Translations under genes and position numbers: made by a program
DNA from: Lama guanicoe
Taxonomy: Eukaryota
NCBI GenBank assembly: GCA_013239625.1
Contig: MU054400.1
Span: forward strand, 3,417,032 to 3,481,031
Length of the DNA stretch: 64,000 nt
Reading direction: 5' to 3'
Notes under the pieces: generated by a model
Told to the model about the DNA's origin: nothing
Database searches by the model: none
What the model saw: only the letters and a program-made list of their open reading frames with translations
Shown: piece by piece, positions 14,346 through 29,025 of the stretch
Position numbering within the stretch: position 1 is the stretch's first letter
Layout: the number at the start of each line of letters is the position of its first letter

Positions 14346-16559
14346 CTAGCGCCATACTTAAGAATGCAGGTAAACAGACATGGATAGAACGTACAAAAAG
14401 AAAACTGAAAAACTTAAGTGAGGGCATAAAAAACTTTAATAAATAAATATACACACCATGTTCCTAAGTGGCGAGATTTAACATACGAAATCTGATTTCT
14501 CCCATATTATTGTGAAAGTTTAACACAATGGAAATTTGAGAGCACTTGATAAAATTATTCAGAAAAATATTCAGAATAAACTATGCAAGAAAATATTTAG
14601 TACAATAATGTTTATCTGAGCAGTATTTAAAATAGAAAATAATTAGAAACAACTTGCTGTAACAGGTTCACTAAACACTGCAGTAATCATTTCATGATGT
14701 AAGTCAAATCATTACGTTGCACACTTTAAACTTACACGGTGCTGTATGTCAATTACATACCTCAATAAAACTGGAAGGAAAAAAACAACTTTAATGTTCA
14801 ACGAAAGACGATTTGGGTAAATAAGATATGGAACTGTCATAGGATGTCCATGAAACTCTGTTTCAGAGGGATATTTAATGATCAGAAAAATATTGATGAT
14901 AAAATGTTTGGTTAAAATACAGCCTATGAAACTGCATGGGTTATGAGCCTTATGTTTTTAAATAAATCTATAACTATATGTATGTAGAAATCACATACTG
15001 CAGTATTAAAAAGGCTGGAAAGAAGAACAAGCATTAAAAGAAGTATCTCTGGATGATGTAATGTTGATGGTTTTAATTTTCTTCTAAACATCATTCTGTT
15101 TTCCAAATTCCCTACGAAGTGCGTTTGGAAAGTTTGATACACATACCAGAATACCCAAAGGGCAAGGGGTAAGGAGGAGGGGAAGCTCACAACTAAAGCA
15201 GCCATCTGTCTCACTGTTTTCATTTAGTTTTAGCTATAGAATTTTATTCACTTTAAATTTAAAATGACACTAAAGAAAGAAATTATTTATCACATAGTAG
15301 TATAGTTTTTTAAAATAGAGAAGCACTGCTCTCAAGTGTATACTTTTAATTACAAAAAATTAAAATATTTTAATGGAGTAAGTGTATTATTTTATAAAAG
15401 TGAATAAATAGTAAAAATGCCATCTACCTACAGCAGTAGAATTTGAAAATTGTATTCACTATTGTTTCAGGAATAAATATGCCTTATATTTTACTTATAA
15501 GAGGCATGGAAAATACAAACATAATTACATTTAATTAATTGTCCTTTACTCCTCTAAAATATTACGTTAGCATTATAATTATAAGTTAAATACTGAAAAT
15601 ACAAGATTCTTTACTTATTTTGGTATTATTCTGAATGATTTTCAATTAACGTAATTTTTAAAGTTATATGAAGGTTTAAGGTCAATAGACATTTCTAAAA
15701 AATATGATATTCAATGACTAGTAGTCATACCCAAAGTCATAAAGACTGCGAAATAGATTTTATCAAGAATATTCATATAACTATTCATGCAAATCAACAT
15801 AACCACTAAATTCTTAGTCGAAATATATATATTCACAAGAATAGATCATTTAAAATTAGATTACTTAAAACATTTTCAAAACTTTAGAAAATGTTTATAA
15901 CTAAACCAGATATTATGCAACCTAATTTTCGTATAATTATTACATTAAATTAGTGAATCTGACTAAAGCTTTATCCCATATATGTGAAGGAATTATCCAG
16001 AGTATACAATTTCCTATTTTCCGTATAAATAATGACAATTGGGAACCTCTTCAACTCTTGAAAGCTTCCGTTTTCAGATATGCTCTCTTATAGAGAATCA
16101 TCATATTCATGCTTTTAACAACTTAGAACATTTATCTAAAACATACGTATGGCATTTTATGTCTTAGCTGTTAAAAGCTTTTCAATCTTTACAACAAATA
16201 ATTGAGACCCCCCGAGAAACTGTAACTTGTCATACATAATACATCTGCTTCTCCTCAACCCACAGTGAAAGTGGGGTTTTTGCATGACAGAAAAAAATTA
16301 TTTCCTTTTACACAAAAATTCTTATCACCAGATAAAATACTTAAAATTTGATATTTTAATTTTAAATGACCGATATTAAGTTTATACAATTATATTATCT
16401 CCCACTGGTATAACATTTGACTGTAAAGGCCTGATGCCTTGGCAAATAACCGTAAGTTTTATATTTATTAAAGTACTGAGTACAAAGCCTTAAATGAAGC
16501 TATAAATTTAATATTTTTGCTGGTACAAAGCAGGGTTTTTAAAAATCGTCTCATGAGGA

Positions 16560-17330
16560 AACCAATGAAACAATCAAAAGAAGTTAATTCTTTAAAAACA
16601 TCAACAAAACTGACAAACCTCTAGCAGGACGGACAAAGAAAAAGACAGACAAGACACAACACATTACTATCATCAGGAATGCAGCAGGGGCTATCATTAA
16701 AAAGGCAGAAAGGGGACACTACAAACAACTTTAAACACACATTTGAAAATTCAGAAGAAATGGATCAGTTCCTAAAAAGCACAAACTACCATAACTCACT
16801 CAAAGTGAAATAAGTAATCTGAATAGCCCTAAAGCTATTATAGACATTTAATTCCTAATTTCAAAGACTACCAAATAAGAAATCTCCAGGCCCAGATGAT
16901 TTCATCAGAGAATTCTACCAAACATTTAAGAATTAACATCAAATCTACACAAGCTCTTCAAGAAAATAAGAGAAGGGAGTACTTCCTCAACTCATTTTAT
17001 GAGGTCAGTATCACCACCATAGGCCAAAACCAGATACAGCACAAAAAACAACACAAAAAAACCCTATATAACTCAACATACCTCCTGAACATAAATACAA
17101 AAACTCTAACAAAATATTCCCAATTATACACAATGATCAAGTAGGGTTTACTACATAGATAAAGTCGGTTCAATATCTAAAACTCAATCAATAGAATACA
17201 CCATACCGACAGGCTGAAGGAGAAAAATCACACGATCAGACCAATTCATGCAGATAATGCACGTGTCAGAATTCAACACCCATTCATAACAAAAACTCTC
17301 AGCAAACTAGAAATAAAAGGAAACCTCACT
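16560..17330 (+). mobile_element. L1 ORF2 internal fragment
   Basis: Encodes degenerate KSPGPDDFIREFYQTFK / LNSFYEVSIT ORF2 peptides. Confidence 0.85.
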
Positions 17331-17518
17331 CATTACATTTTAAAGGGCTTGCCTTTCCAAGGGTAACTTTCCACCAACAAAGCAAAGCTTAGTTTATTTC
17401 AAATCTTGCATAAATATCTGAATTTTAAGAACTAGGGAAAACACAAGAACACTGAAACTTAAAAAAAAAAATAGTTATTTTTTTCTTTTAAATTTCTATC
17501 CTGCAGCTATGATGCCTA

Positions 17519-17782
<264 letters not shown>

Positions 17783-17785
17783 TTA

Positions 17786-17953
<168 letters not shown>

Positions 17954-19459
17954 CTACAGATTAAAAATACACTTAACTATTGCTACCTCACCCTCTTCAT
18001 TATTTTTCAACCAAAGAACAAAACCAACATAAGCAAAATACAAACTCTGGCTAAAAATTATAACTACAAGTAGAGATTTATTCCTACATTTACAGTGAAT
18101 GTGAATCATAAAAATTTTTGCCTCCCTGAATGTCATTTCTAAATACTAAAAATCTTACAGAAAAGATGAGACATTTTTTAAAGTACATATGACCTGTATT
18201 GAGTAACAATAATTCTAATAAACCATGCAGTCCTCAAGTGAAAGTATTATTTTTAATTTAGAGAGCTTACATTACCTATTATCTTCTTTAATTAGCACCA
18301 AAAAGGTGGTATTACCCTCATTTTTACATATTCATTACTACTTTAGTGTTTACTGAGCAAATTCTAGATGCCAGATACCGTTTTAGTTATTTGTGTGTTT
18401 CCCTCATGGAATTCAAGTTCTCATTCTTCTGGAGCCTACATTCTAAAAGGGGAAAACGCACACCCCAAGAAGCTCAGTGATTCTGTCCAAAGTCATCTCA
18501 GTGAGAAATACACTGGTACGCTACACTCAGGGCTCCTGAGGTTCTGTTTTTACCACATCTGCCTGGTCTACATGACACAGAATTACAAACACTGAAGTGA
18601 GTAAGTGATGATGACTAAGGTGGATTTGTTTTTCATTCTTGAGAGTATTATTTCAAATTCAGTCATTAGCTCTGATACAGCTTGACTCTTAACTCTCTAA
18701 CAAAGATCTTTTATAAATGTTTTATTTCCTCCAAATATGACCAGCAAAATGTGACATTTCTCACAAATATTAGAATGTTACGGGAGAGGGAAATCCCACT
18801 TGAGGGTTGGTTAAATTTCTCATTTCAGGAGACAAAGGACTAAATGGTAGTACATTCATCATTTGTAATTTTCATTCATTTACTCATATTTAAACCATAA
18901 AACGTGATGGTGTTGGTGATCATCCTAACTTGTAAACGACACTAACACATCAAGGATCACAAAACAAAAGGCTTAAAGGTCAGGTAAGAACTTGAAAGAC
19001 TGAAGCCGACTGTAAGTGGTGAGAGACGAAAAGAGAGAAGTGCAGACCGTGGAGAGTTAGCCGGCCAGCACGTTCCTTCCAAAGACAGTGGTAATTTGTT
19101 GTCCTAACAAAATGAAGGCTCAGTATTACAGGACAAAACTGCAGCATTCCTGTGAAATCTCCAGTCTCTTAAGTGGAGGTAATTTCAGTTTTTAAAAAGC
19201 AAAACCTCAGACTTTTACCTTATTTAAACCCACTAAAAAGTCCTCCTAAGGGACAAACAAATGCTTGTGATATATCCAACTTAAGTAAATAAATATGATT
19301 CACTATTACATTACCATTACATCCCTGCTAAAAGATAAAAACATGGTGGGGGTAAGCTAGGGGGAAGTTAACTACATTTTTTAATTTTAAAAAAAAACAC
19401 TGAAATTTTACAGTAAAAATAAAACCAATAAAAGTAAAACAAAAGACAAAACAGACTTA

Positions 19460-19576
<117 letters not shown>

Positions 19577-21299
19577 TCATTATTACATGCCAAGGCACCA
19601 CTTTTTCCAAAAGAAGTGTTAGATAAGAAAACAGTGTAAACTGATAAAAAGAAAAAGTCTTAAAATAGAAATGATCATTCCTCTATATATTTTGCATACA
19701 AAAAATTATCAATACATAACAAGACAAAAATCAGTATTTTAAAATTCTGAGTTCTGGAAAATAACCACATAGAATACAGCTACAAGTCCAATAGTTTAAA
19801 AAAAAATGCTGAATGTCTATTATGCCTTTCTATACAGAAATGGTGCTGGCCCACTCTGCAGTGCTTAGTTTAGGCAAATAATGGTGTATACATAATAGCA
19901 GAATTGTTAGAAGCAATAAAGATCTGGAAAGCCAGAGATTATGTAAGAAGGAGATTTTTTTAAAACCCACCCTCACTGGAATTTAGCTAAAATGCAACTG
20001 GCAACCAGCTTGCACATTCTGCCAAATCCTCTCTCTCTTCTGTGGTTGAAGAGGAGTGCAGGAGGGTGGTCCCTGCATCTCTAGGATTCTCTAGGCCTGA
20101 TCGCTCCTGAACCAGTCCACCAAAATGAACACCAACGAACTGGAAAATTCCTAAAATGCCCGTCACTGTCCTAGAACGAGCCACACACACAACCCACAAC
20201 CTTCCCCATCGATATTTACGCCAAGAAGGACAACAATCACTAAAAGAGGCACCAAACTGTAGCTGAGACAGAACGATCTGAATCATAAAACCTGGAACTT
20301 CGGGCAGACTGGCCACAGAGGCCACAGCGGGAAGGCGCCTGATGTTCAAATACAGCTGCTTCTCACAGCATCACTTGTTCTTAAAGAGGATGCTGATTAT
20401 CTGAACTGGTTTAAATTTCAAGTCCGTTTCAGCTAAAGAGTGGTAATGCAGATTAGATCTGTGGTTTACTGATGTATTGAGAGAGCAAAGTGAGAAAGTT
20501 GCCAAAATGGTTATAATAAAATCTCAGGAATACAATAAGCACTGAAAGTCTTCCTTAACTTCAGACAGACGTTGAACTGGTCTCCTGCACAAGGATACTT
20601 CTTTGTGATTAAAGAATATTAACTCTCATATGATTTAAAAATATATCTACCTAAAAATATTGTAAAATATACCACAGTAAAAACCTAAGTTCACAATAAG
20701 CCAAAAACCTATTCTAAGAATTAAAAAATCATCAGAAAAATATTAAAAGGCGTGATAAACAGACGAAAAAGGATACTAAAAATTTAGAAAGTGCAACTCT
20801 AAAAGTCTTAATCTAGTAGTCATACAGGTAAGCATAATTTATTTTTAATTTTTATGCTACAAAAACATAACTCACCACTGACAAAGCACTCTAACAAGAA
20901 AAAAACTAGTATCAAAGGATTATGATATAAATCCTCGATTTAGGTTCAGTGTCATAACTCTGAAATGTCAAATTCTTTCTAAAGAAACAAACTTTTAAAA
21001 AGCTATTAATTATAATAATAAACAAATCCAAAATTTTTCTCACCCAGATCTTCAACAATGAAAGAGATGGCACTTCCATATACTAAGATACACCACACCA
21101 AAAAACACGAGTGTTCAAGTCTAGAGAATGACTAAATACAGCCATGTGTCAAAATCATTTATTAAATATTAAGACTGATATATACCACAAACATGCAAAA
21201 AATTAATATTTAGACTTTTAATGAAAATTGTATTATAAAGCTGATACAACAGCCCAGTTCTACGGCAATGATCCGTAATGAAAAACAAGGTAAAAAAGC

Positions 21300-21612
21300 C
21301 CAGATATCGACAAGGCGGGCAGGTGATGTAACTGACGGGGCTGACTGGGTGGTGCTGTGGGAAACCAGGGAACACAGGCTTTGTCTAAAAAAAAACCGAA
21401 TGTTGCCAAGTAGGAAACAGGTTAAGGCTGTCATACCAATTTTTTAAGAAACATCAAAACCTTGGATTTCTATGCGGAATCTCTCAAATGTTAAATGCTG
21501 GCAATCAGTTAAGAAACAAAAACAAAACAAACAACAAAAAAATCTCTGAAAGTGAAGTCAAAATCATGAGCAAGTTGAATATGGTCTACAGGCCACTGGT
21601 TTTCAACCTCGG
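21300..21612 (+). mobile_element. MER102-like hAT-Charlie remnant
   Basis: ggatttctatgcggaatctctc...tggtctacaggccactggttttcaacctc terminus. Confidence 0.45.
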
Positions 21613-22229
21613 ATACTGTACTTTAGGGGACATTTGCCCATTTATTTTAGACTTAGATTAGACCTAAAATTCATACTTGAGAGAAATCTTTGCCATGCCC
21701 TCGGCACTCATTAAGAAGAGGAAATACAGTCTTTCACTTACACATGTATTCGTGTTAAACAGCACAACTTTCATAAAAGGACATCAATCCTTCCTTTCTG
21801 GACCTCAGCTGCCTATTAAAATATACGGCTCTCCAGTCAAAACAAAACAATAAATATTTTCCAGGCACCCTCAGTGACTATAACCTCAAACTTACGACAT
21901 TCATGGAAGGCTTGGCTCAGAAGAAAATAAAAGGGTGGTCTGAAAAATGTGTGGCCCATTCAGCCCAGTAAATACTCAGAAGTTCACATGGATATGTGGC
22001 CACTAGCAAAACTGAGCTTTTGTTAGGTTTCAACCAACACAGAGTAACATTATAAGAAACAATTTAGTACACCTCATTGCTGTATTTACTTTATTATAAG
22101 GATATTATGGGATATGCTGTTCATTACATTAAGTGTTCTCTGAGGATTCGTGGAAGATACTCTTCTTGAGTAGGGTATAACCGTATGTATACGATCCCGA
22201 TATTGGAATGATTAACAGGACAGGCTCAT

Positions 22230-22500
22230 GACCTAGACCAGGGTGACCCTTGGCTCTGCCATTTACTAACAGCGTAACCCGGGGTAAGTTACTCAAGAAT
22301 CCTAAGCTGCAGCATACTCTTCCATAAAATAAGAAAAATGACAGCAATTTCCTCATAGAGCTGTTATACCATTAAATGACATGCTTCATAAACATATATG
22401 CACATATATGCACTGCATATAAAGTGTTTATTACTCAGTTCCGTGTCTGGCCCATAAAAAACACTCAATAAAAAGTATTGCTCCTGCTAATACTTGTACT
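22230..22500 (+). mobile_element. MIR SINE
   Basis: ggctctgccatttactaacagcgtaaccc..ggtaagttactcaa core. Confidence 0.7.
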
Positions 22501-22619
22501 ATTACCTCCATTCCAGGGGTACTTATGTTTCCCCTGAGCCATTCTATACGTGATATAAAGACATCCAAGGTTTTGCTCTCCTTATTTTGCTTTGGCCTTA
22601 TTTTGCTTCATATACTTTT

Positions 22620-23290
22620 TGATTTTAGATTTCTGAATAGGTAATATATTGATGTGGTACAAAAGTCAAATACTACATAAAAGAATTAAATGAAAAAAAT
22701 CTCACTTTCAACACAACCCATATCCTCTATTCACCCAGTTAACTACTTCTATTACTTTCCCTGCACAAGCACCTTATTTTATTAATAATACATCTTACAG
22801 CTCTTTCCATCACTGTACAGATGTTTTTGTTTTTTAATAATTGCACAGAATTCATAGACAGGATGGATATACCATAATGTACCTAGTCTCTGACTGATGG
22901 ACATTTGAGTTGTTTCCAATCTCAAAGCAATGCTGCAATAAAAATTCTGAATAGATGTGCAAATTACATGTGTGTATGTACATATATATTTTATATATAT
23001 GTCATAAATTCCCAGATATGGGATTAATGTGTCAAAGGAATTTAATTTTGATAGACCCTGTCAGATTGCCCTCCACAAGAGGTATTATCAATTGACAATC
23101 CCACCATCAGTGTATACACATGAGGTCCTGTTTCTCTATAGCCTCATCAATAGAATGTGCTGTCAAATTACCACATTTTAGCCAATTTGTTAACTGGGAA
23201 ATGATATCTCAGTACATTTTAACTTGCATTTCTCTTATTTTGAATGAAGTTGCACATATATCTGTAGTTAAGTCACCACATTTCTTTGCC
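22620..23290 (-). mobile_element. Old L1 3' end
   Basis: gatggacatttgagttgtttcca, cagattgccctcca, acttgcatttctcttatt motifs. Confidence 0.7.
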
Positions 23291-24209
23291 ATTTTTTCAT
23301 CTTATTTTGCTGAAAGTATTTCGGTAAAATACATGAAATGTTTTTTAAAACAAGGTCACATGGATTATATTTTATAATAAAATGTGAATTATTATAAAAT
23401 ACAGGTAGGCAATTTTTCTAAAACATACAGAAAAACAAGAGGAAGAAAACCAAAATGCTAAAAATAATTGTTACCTCAGGAGAATGTGGTAAAGAGTGAT
23501 CTTTCTTCTTTCTACTTTTTCTCATGTTCTAATTTTATGAAATATGAAAACAGAAAAAAAGGCACAAAAATGCTAAGCATACTTTAAACTAAGAGATGAG
23601 TTTCATTTTAATTTTTCATCCAACGTAAACCAAAAATAAGGATTTCAAGTAATCATCAGTATGTATTTACAATATTTTTTTAAATGTTTGGGCATTATCC
23701 ACATTAAGATATAAACCTTATAACAGACTTCTTCCCCTTCCAAATGAAGTGAAGAGATTTTTAATGAAGCTTTACTCATTTACTATACTTTCCTTTAAAA
23801 AGATCAATGATTACATATAAGAAAGATCATCACAAAGTAGAAATTCAAAACGACAAAAAGATATTCTCATTGAATAATTTTAAGCAATATAATGCTTCCT
23901 TTTTCTGAAAATAATAAAATAGTAAATTCTCATTAATTTTGACATCATTTATTTACAATGATACTGCACTCAGACAGGGACTAAGCTAAAAGTTGGTAAA
24001 TAATTTTTTAAATGTTTATCATTTGACTCAAAAAATTAGTTACATAAGACTAGGCAACTAAGATAGGCAAAGTAGAATCAATATCCTCAATGTATTTTTT
24101 TTTTTAAAAAAGAAGCATTTCTGAGTACTTTAGAAATACCAACTACCTGGCTCATATTTGATACCGTATTACAAAAAGAGAACCACAAAGCCTTCAGACT
24201 ACCTAGGTA

Positions 24210-25597
24210 CAGGGGTAAGCAAACTTCTCCTATAAAGGGCCAGATAGTAAATATTTTATGCTTTGCAGGCAACATAGTCCCTGTCACAACCATTCACCTC
24301 TACCACGGTGGCACAAAAACAGCCACAGGTAATACATAAACAAACAGGCTGTGTTGCCTGTGTTCCAACAAAACTTTATTTAGGGACACAAATATAAATT
24401 TCATATAATTTCCATGTGTAACAAAGTATTATTTTTCTTTGGATTTTTTGAACCACTTAAACATATAAAATTTGTATGAAAACACAAAAGACCCTGAATA
24501 GCCAAAATAATCTTGAGAAAGAAGAATGGAGCTGGGGGAATCACAGTCTCTGACTTCACACAACACTACAAAGCTACAGTCATCAAAACAGTATGGTACT
24601 GGCACAAAAACAGACACACAGATCAATGGAACAGGATAGAAAGCCCAGAAGTAAACCCACACACTTATGGTCAATTAATCTATGACAAAGGAGGCAAAAA
24701 TATACAATGGAGAAAAGACAGTCTCTTCAACAAATGGTGCTGGGAAAACTGGGCAGCTACCTGTAAAAGAGTGAAATCAGAATATTCTCTAACACCATAC
24801 ACAAAAATAAATGCAAAATGGATCAAAGACCTAAATGTAAGACAAGATATTCTAAAACTCCTAGAGGAAAACATAAGCAGAACCCTCTCTGACACAAATC
24901 ATAACAATATTTTTTGATCCATCTCCTAAACTAATGGAAATAGAAGCAAAAATTAACAAATGGGACCTAATGAAACTTCCAAGCTTCTGCACAGCAAAGG
25001 AAACCATAAACAAAATGAAAAGACAACCTACAGAATGGGAGAAAATATTTGCAAAGGATGAGACCAACAAGAGATTAGTTTCCAAAGTATACTAACAGCT
25101 CATACAACTTAATATCAAAAAAAAAAACAAGCCAATCAAAAACTGGGCAGAAATCCTAAACAGACATTTCTCCAGAGAAGACATGCAAATGGCCAATAAG
25201 CACATGAAAAGATGCTCAGTATTGCTAATTATTAGAGAAATGCAACTCAGAACTATGAGGTATCACCTCACACCAGTCAGAGTGGCTATCATTAAAAAGT
25301 CTACAAATAATAAATGCTAGAGAGGGTGTGGAGAAAAGGGAACCTTCCTACACTATTTGTGGGAATGTAAATTGGTGCGGCCATTGTAGAGAACAGCATA
25401 CAAGTTGCTTAAAAAACTAAAAATAGAGTTGCCATATGATCCAGCAATCCCACTCCTGGGCATATAACCAGAGAGAAGCTTAATTCAAAAACATACATGC
25501 ACCGTAATGTTCACAGCAGCATTATTTACAATAGCCAAGACATGGAAGGAACCCAAATGTCCATCAACAAATGAATGAATAAAAAATACGTGGTGTG

Positions 25598-25637
<40 letters not shown>

Positions 25638-26159
25638 GGAATATTACACAGCCATAAAAATGAATGAAATTAAACCATTTGCAGCAACACTGATCAACCT
25701 AGAGATCATCATATTAAATGAAGCAAGTCATACAAAGACAAATATCATATGATATCACTTATGTGGAATCTAAAAAAAAATAATACAAATGAACTTAACT
25801 TACAAACCAGAAATAGACTCACAGACATAGAAAACAAACTATGGTTACCAAAGGAGGGGGCAGGGATAAATTATGATCTTGGGATTAACATATACAGACT
25901 ATCATATATAAAATAGATAAATAACAAGGACCCATTGTATAGCACAGGGAGCTACATTCAGTACCTTATAACAACCTATAATAGAAAAGAATCTGAAAAA
26001 TTAATGTATAACTGAATCACTGCTGGACACATGAAACTAACACAACACAGTAAATTAACTACAGTTCAATAAAAAAAAATTTTTAAATTCTTAGCTTGTG
26101 GGCTGAACATACAGGCAGTGAGCTGTATTTGACATGTGGGCCATAGCTTGCTAGCCCTG
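24210..26159 (+). mobile_element. MER58-type hAT-Charlie MITE split by a younger L1
   Basis: Termini CAGGGG (24210) and CCCTG (26159); flanks acctaggt / atctagat resemble the Charlie NTCTAGAN target; core aagggccagatagtaaatattt. Confidence 0.8.
24467..26080 (+). mobile_element. 5'-truncated L1 (ORF2 C-terminal part, 3' UTR, A-tail) nested in MER58; (CA)n at 25601-25635
   Basis: ORF 24513..24917 ([28 protein letters not shown]) is L1 ORF2; ends caataaaaaaaa. Confidence 0.95.
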
Positions 26160-26228
26160 ATCTAGATGAATGACTATCAAACTTTTTTGATCATGACCTG
26201 CAAGAAACACATTTTAAAAACCACTACC

Positions 26229-26230
<2 letters not shown>

Positions 26231-26267
<37 letters not shown>
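26231..26267. repeat. (AC)n microsatellite
   Basis: Direct reading. Confidence 0.95.
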
Positions 26268-26268
<1 letters not shown>

Positions 26269-27279
26269 CTGCAACAAAGGGTTTATGAAACAATACTCAG
26301 CTGCGCTACGTGACACGGTTATTTTCTATTTTAATACTGGCTACTAATGGACATCAACCCACGGTCTGAAAAACAGCAATCTTGCTTTTAGTTAAAATTG
26401 CTATCGAGACAAATAACATTATTTGCTCAAACACACACACACACAAAGTCAGTGGGAGAGCCAAGTCTATAGAACCCAAGCATTTCACCTTGCTTTTCAG
26501 AGTGTCCTGACCTGCCAAGACGCCTCACCACACCACATCGTCTCACCACTCTCATCAGGTCACATCCAACTGTCCAAGTATCGTCGCTACATACATGTGT
26601 TCTCCCAGTTTCAAATTAATGTCATCTGAAGGACCAAATAATCCTAAGATGTTTCATACCCATTAATCAAAAATGATGGGTAAAAAGGGAGAAAGGAAGC
26701 TTTGACGTATGCACCTCTGTGCATCGGGGCTACACTGTCCACCACAAACTCCACATAAACACTTGACAAACATTTGCAGAGTGTATAAAATAAAATAAGG
26801 AGGAAAAGAGTAACAGCCTCCAAATATCAAAGTACTGCTGCCTGATATGTGACTCATAAACATTTTAAGCATATATTTTTGCAGTAATTATATCTAAAGC
26901 AATTAACATTATCAGGGAAAGTCCTACACATCTAAATAAACGGAGTCACATTGTTTTGTTTCATTGAAATAGAGTTATATTCTTGCCTCACATCAAATAC
27001 CTGATACTCATGGAAATTTTGACAAATATGATACGAAAATGGAAATTATGACAAATAAGATCAAAAGTGTTCTTTGCAACACTCACCATCACACAAAATA
27101 TATAGCCATGCAGCAAAAGAGACTAGCAAAGGGTTTTGATTTACTTCATAATTTATGACTTACTTCTGCTGCAACAAATCACAAGGCAAAAGAATATTTT
27201 TATCAAGGTTTTGAAAATCAATGGGATAAAAAAATCTTTGAAACTTCCAGGAAACATGGATCACTTAACCTTCGAAAGT

Positions 27280-28240
27280 GTGTCAGAGCCCAGCTCTATT
27301 TTTCTCACTGCGTTTTCCAGGAGCAGACGCAGGTAACCAGGTTGTAAATCACTGGGTTTCCTGTTTTCATTTCCTTGAGCTCCATCTCCTTTGCACTTCA
27401 ACTTGCACCAACACACCTACCTTTAAAACACATATCCCAACACTCAGTGACCATCTCCATCCTCCGGTATCTATCTAAATCCCCCTCACTCTCACCTATC
27501 ACCTCTGCAGGACTTGGCAGCTGATCTGATTAAGTGACCCAAACATTCCTTAGGGATCTGAGCCCCTGGCAATCATATCATCCTCATTCCAGGGTGGCCG
27601 TGATATGTCCACTCACACTTAAAACTTGCGGTCACTTGAGCACCACTCATATTCAGTCTGTTGTCACTGTGTAAGAAGCAATCCCACCTCCTCTAGCTGA
27701 TCTGGATCAAGATGGTAGAGTCTATTCCAATCTGCTGGTCCTACACACAAGAGTCTAAAGTGAACTATTGGCAACCAGAGCTTGCAGTTAAGTTGTACCC
27801 TTGCTATATTCCCTGTGGAAAGGCTGCACCCACTCTGGGACCAGGACTGCTAACCCTGCAGAGCTCAGAGGTGCAGGGACAGAAGCACAGTGCTCCCCAG
27901 TGGCACCCTGTGAGCTGCAGTCAGCAGGACTGCTTCTGTTTCCACCTCCTGCTTCCCAGGCCCCTGTATCCTTTCTACTGGGGATAGAGAACCATATGGA
28001 AGTTCCCAATTTGCAGAGCATTTCCTCTGGGCTGGAGCTCCACTCGCGCCTTCTGAGGACCATTCCGGCCCTCCAGACGCCGGCTGCCTCTGGATGACGC
28101 AGTCTGGGATACAACCAGCGGATGCCCAGGCCCAGACCCAGGCCCACACACATCTCCCAGCAGAGAAAGACCCCTGTTCTGGTGCTGTGTTGCACACGAT
28201 TCCATACCTGCAGATCAGGGCGTCAACTGGTAGCACCAAA
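27280..28240 (-). mobile_element. Possible ERVL/MaLR internal remnant
   Basis: GC-richer block with no exon role; ggcaaccagagcttgcagttaagttgtaccc resembles recalled ERVL internal sequence. Confidence 0.35.
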
Positions 28241-29025
28241 CATATACTACATCACCAAGTAAAAATGATTAATTACACTACATGCTAAATACAAAAAATA
28301 AATAAGTTTCAATTGTGCCTTAAAGGAGCTCACAGTCTAAAGAGAATCAAATACCCACAGTAATGTCTTCCCTCATCATTACATACATACTCATAACAAG
28401 AATATATAAATGCTTTAAGGTGCTAGTAAGCCAGCATCACAAACTCTCAATCATAATCACTGAAAACAGTCAAGTCACACCAAAACTGTGCTTATATGCT
28501 AAATATTAACTAGTTGGCAACAGTTAATAATATTTGTAATTTCTGAAATTAATTGGCAAGATTTAATAAGTTTAGTTCTGCTTTTATGAATCCCAAATTT
28601 TTACAGTTATATTTCTAATTCTAAATTTTACAACAAAATACTGCCCATATTGCTATTTTTAAGTCATATATCTAAATCAAGTTCAAATAATAATCAAATT
28701 ACTAAATCAATACTTATTACCTATGCAATATTTATTTAAAGATTACTAAATAATGTTTTATATTTTCAGATTCAACCTAAATAGGAAATTTCTAAATTGT
28801 CTAATGGTCAGGTTTATCAAGCTGGCTTCACTCAAGTAAGTAATGAGCTGAGAATATAAAGTAAACTCATATGAACCATTTCAAAACCATGCAAACTTTC
28901 CAAAGCAGGATAAAAAATCAGACTAACTTTAATTCAGAGTAATTTTCTTCCTAAATACCCAAAGTGTAAGTATGCCTCACATTCTGACAATGGTCTTGTT
29001 TAGAAGGAAGAGACCTTCAACTCAC

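Noticed and set aside
19987..20349. 120-aa minus-strand ORF near an AGTPBP1 exon
   Set aside because: Flanking exons already join in frame (..VQR|TKIA..); no homology recognised
24513..24917. 134-aa plus-strand ORF
   Set aside because: L1 ORF2 fragment, not a host gene
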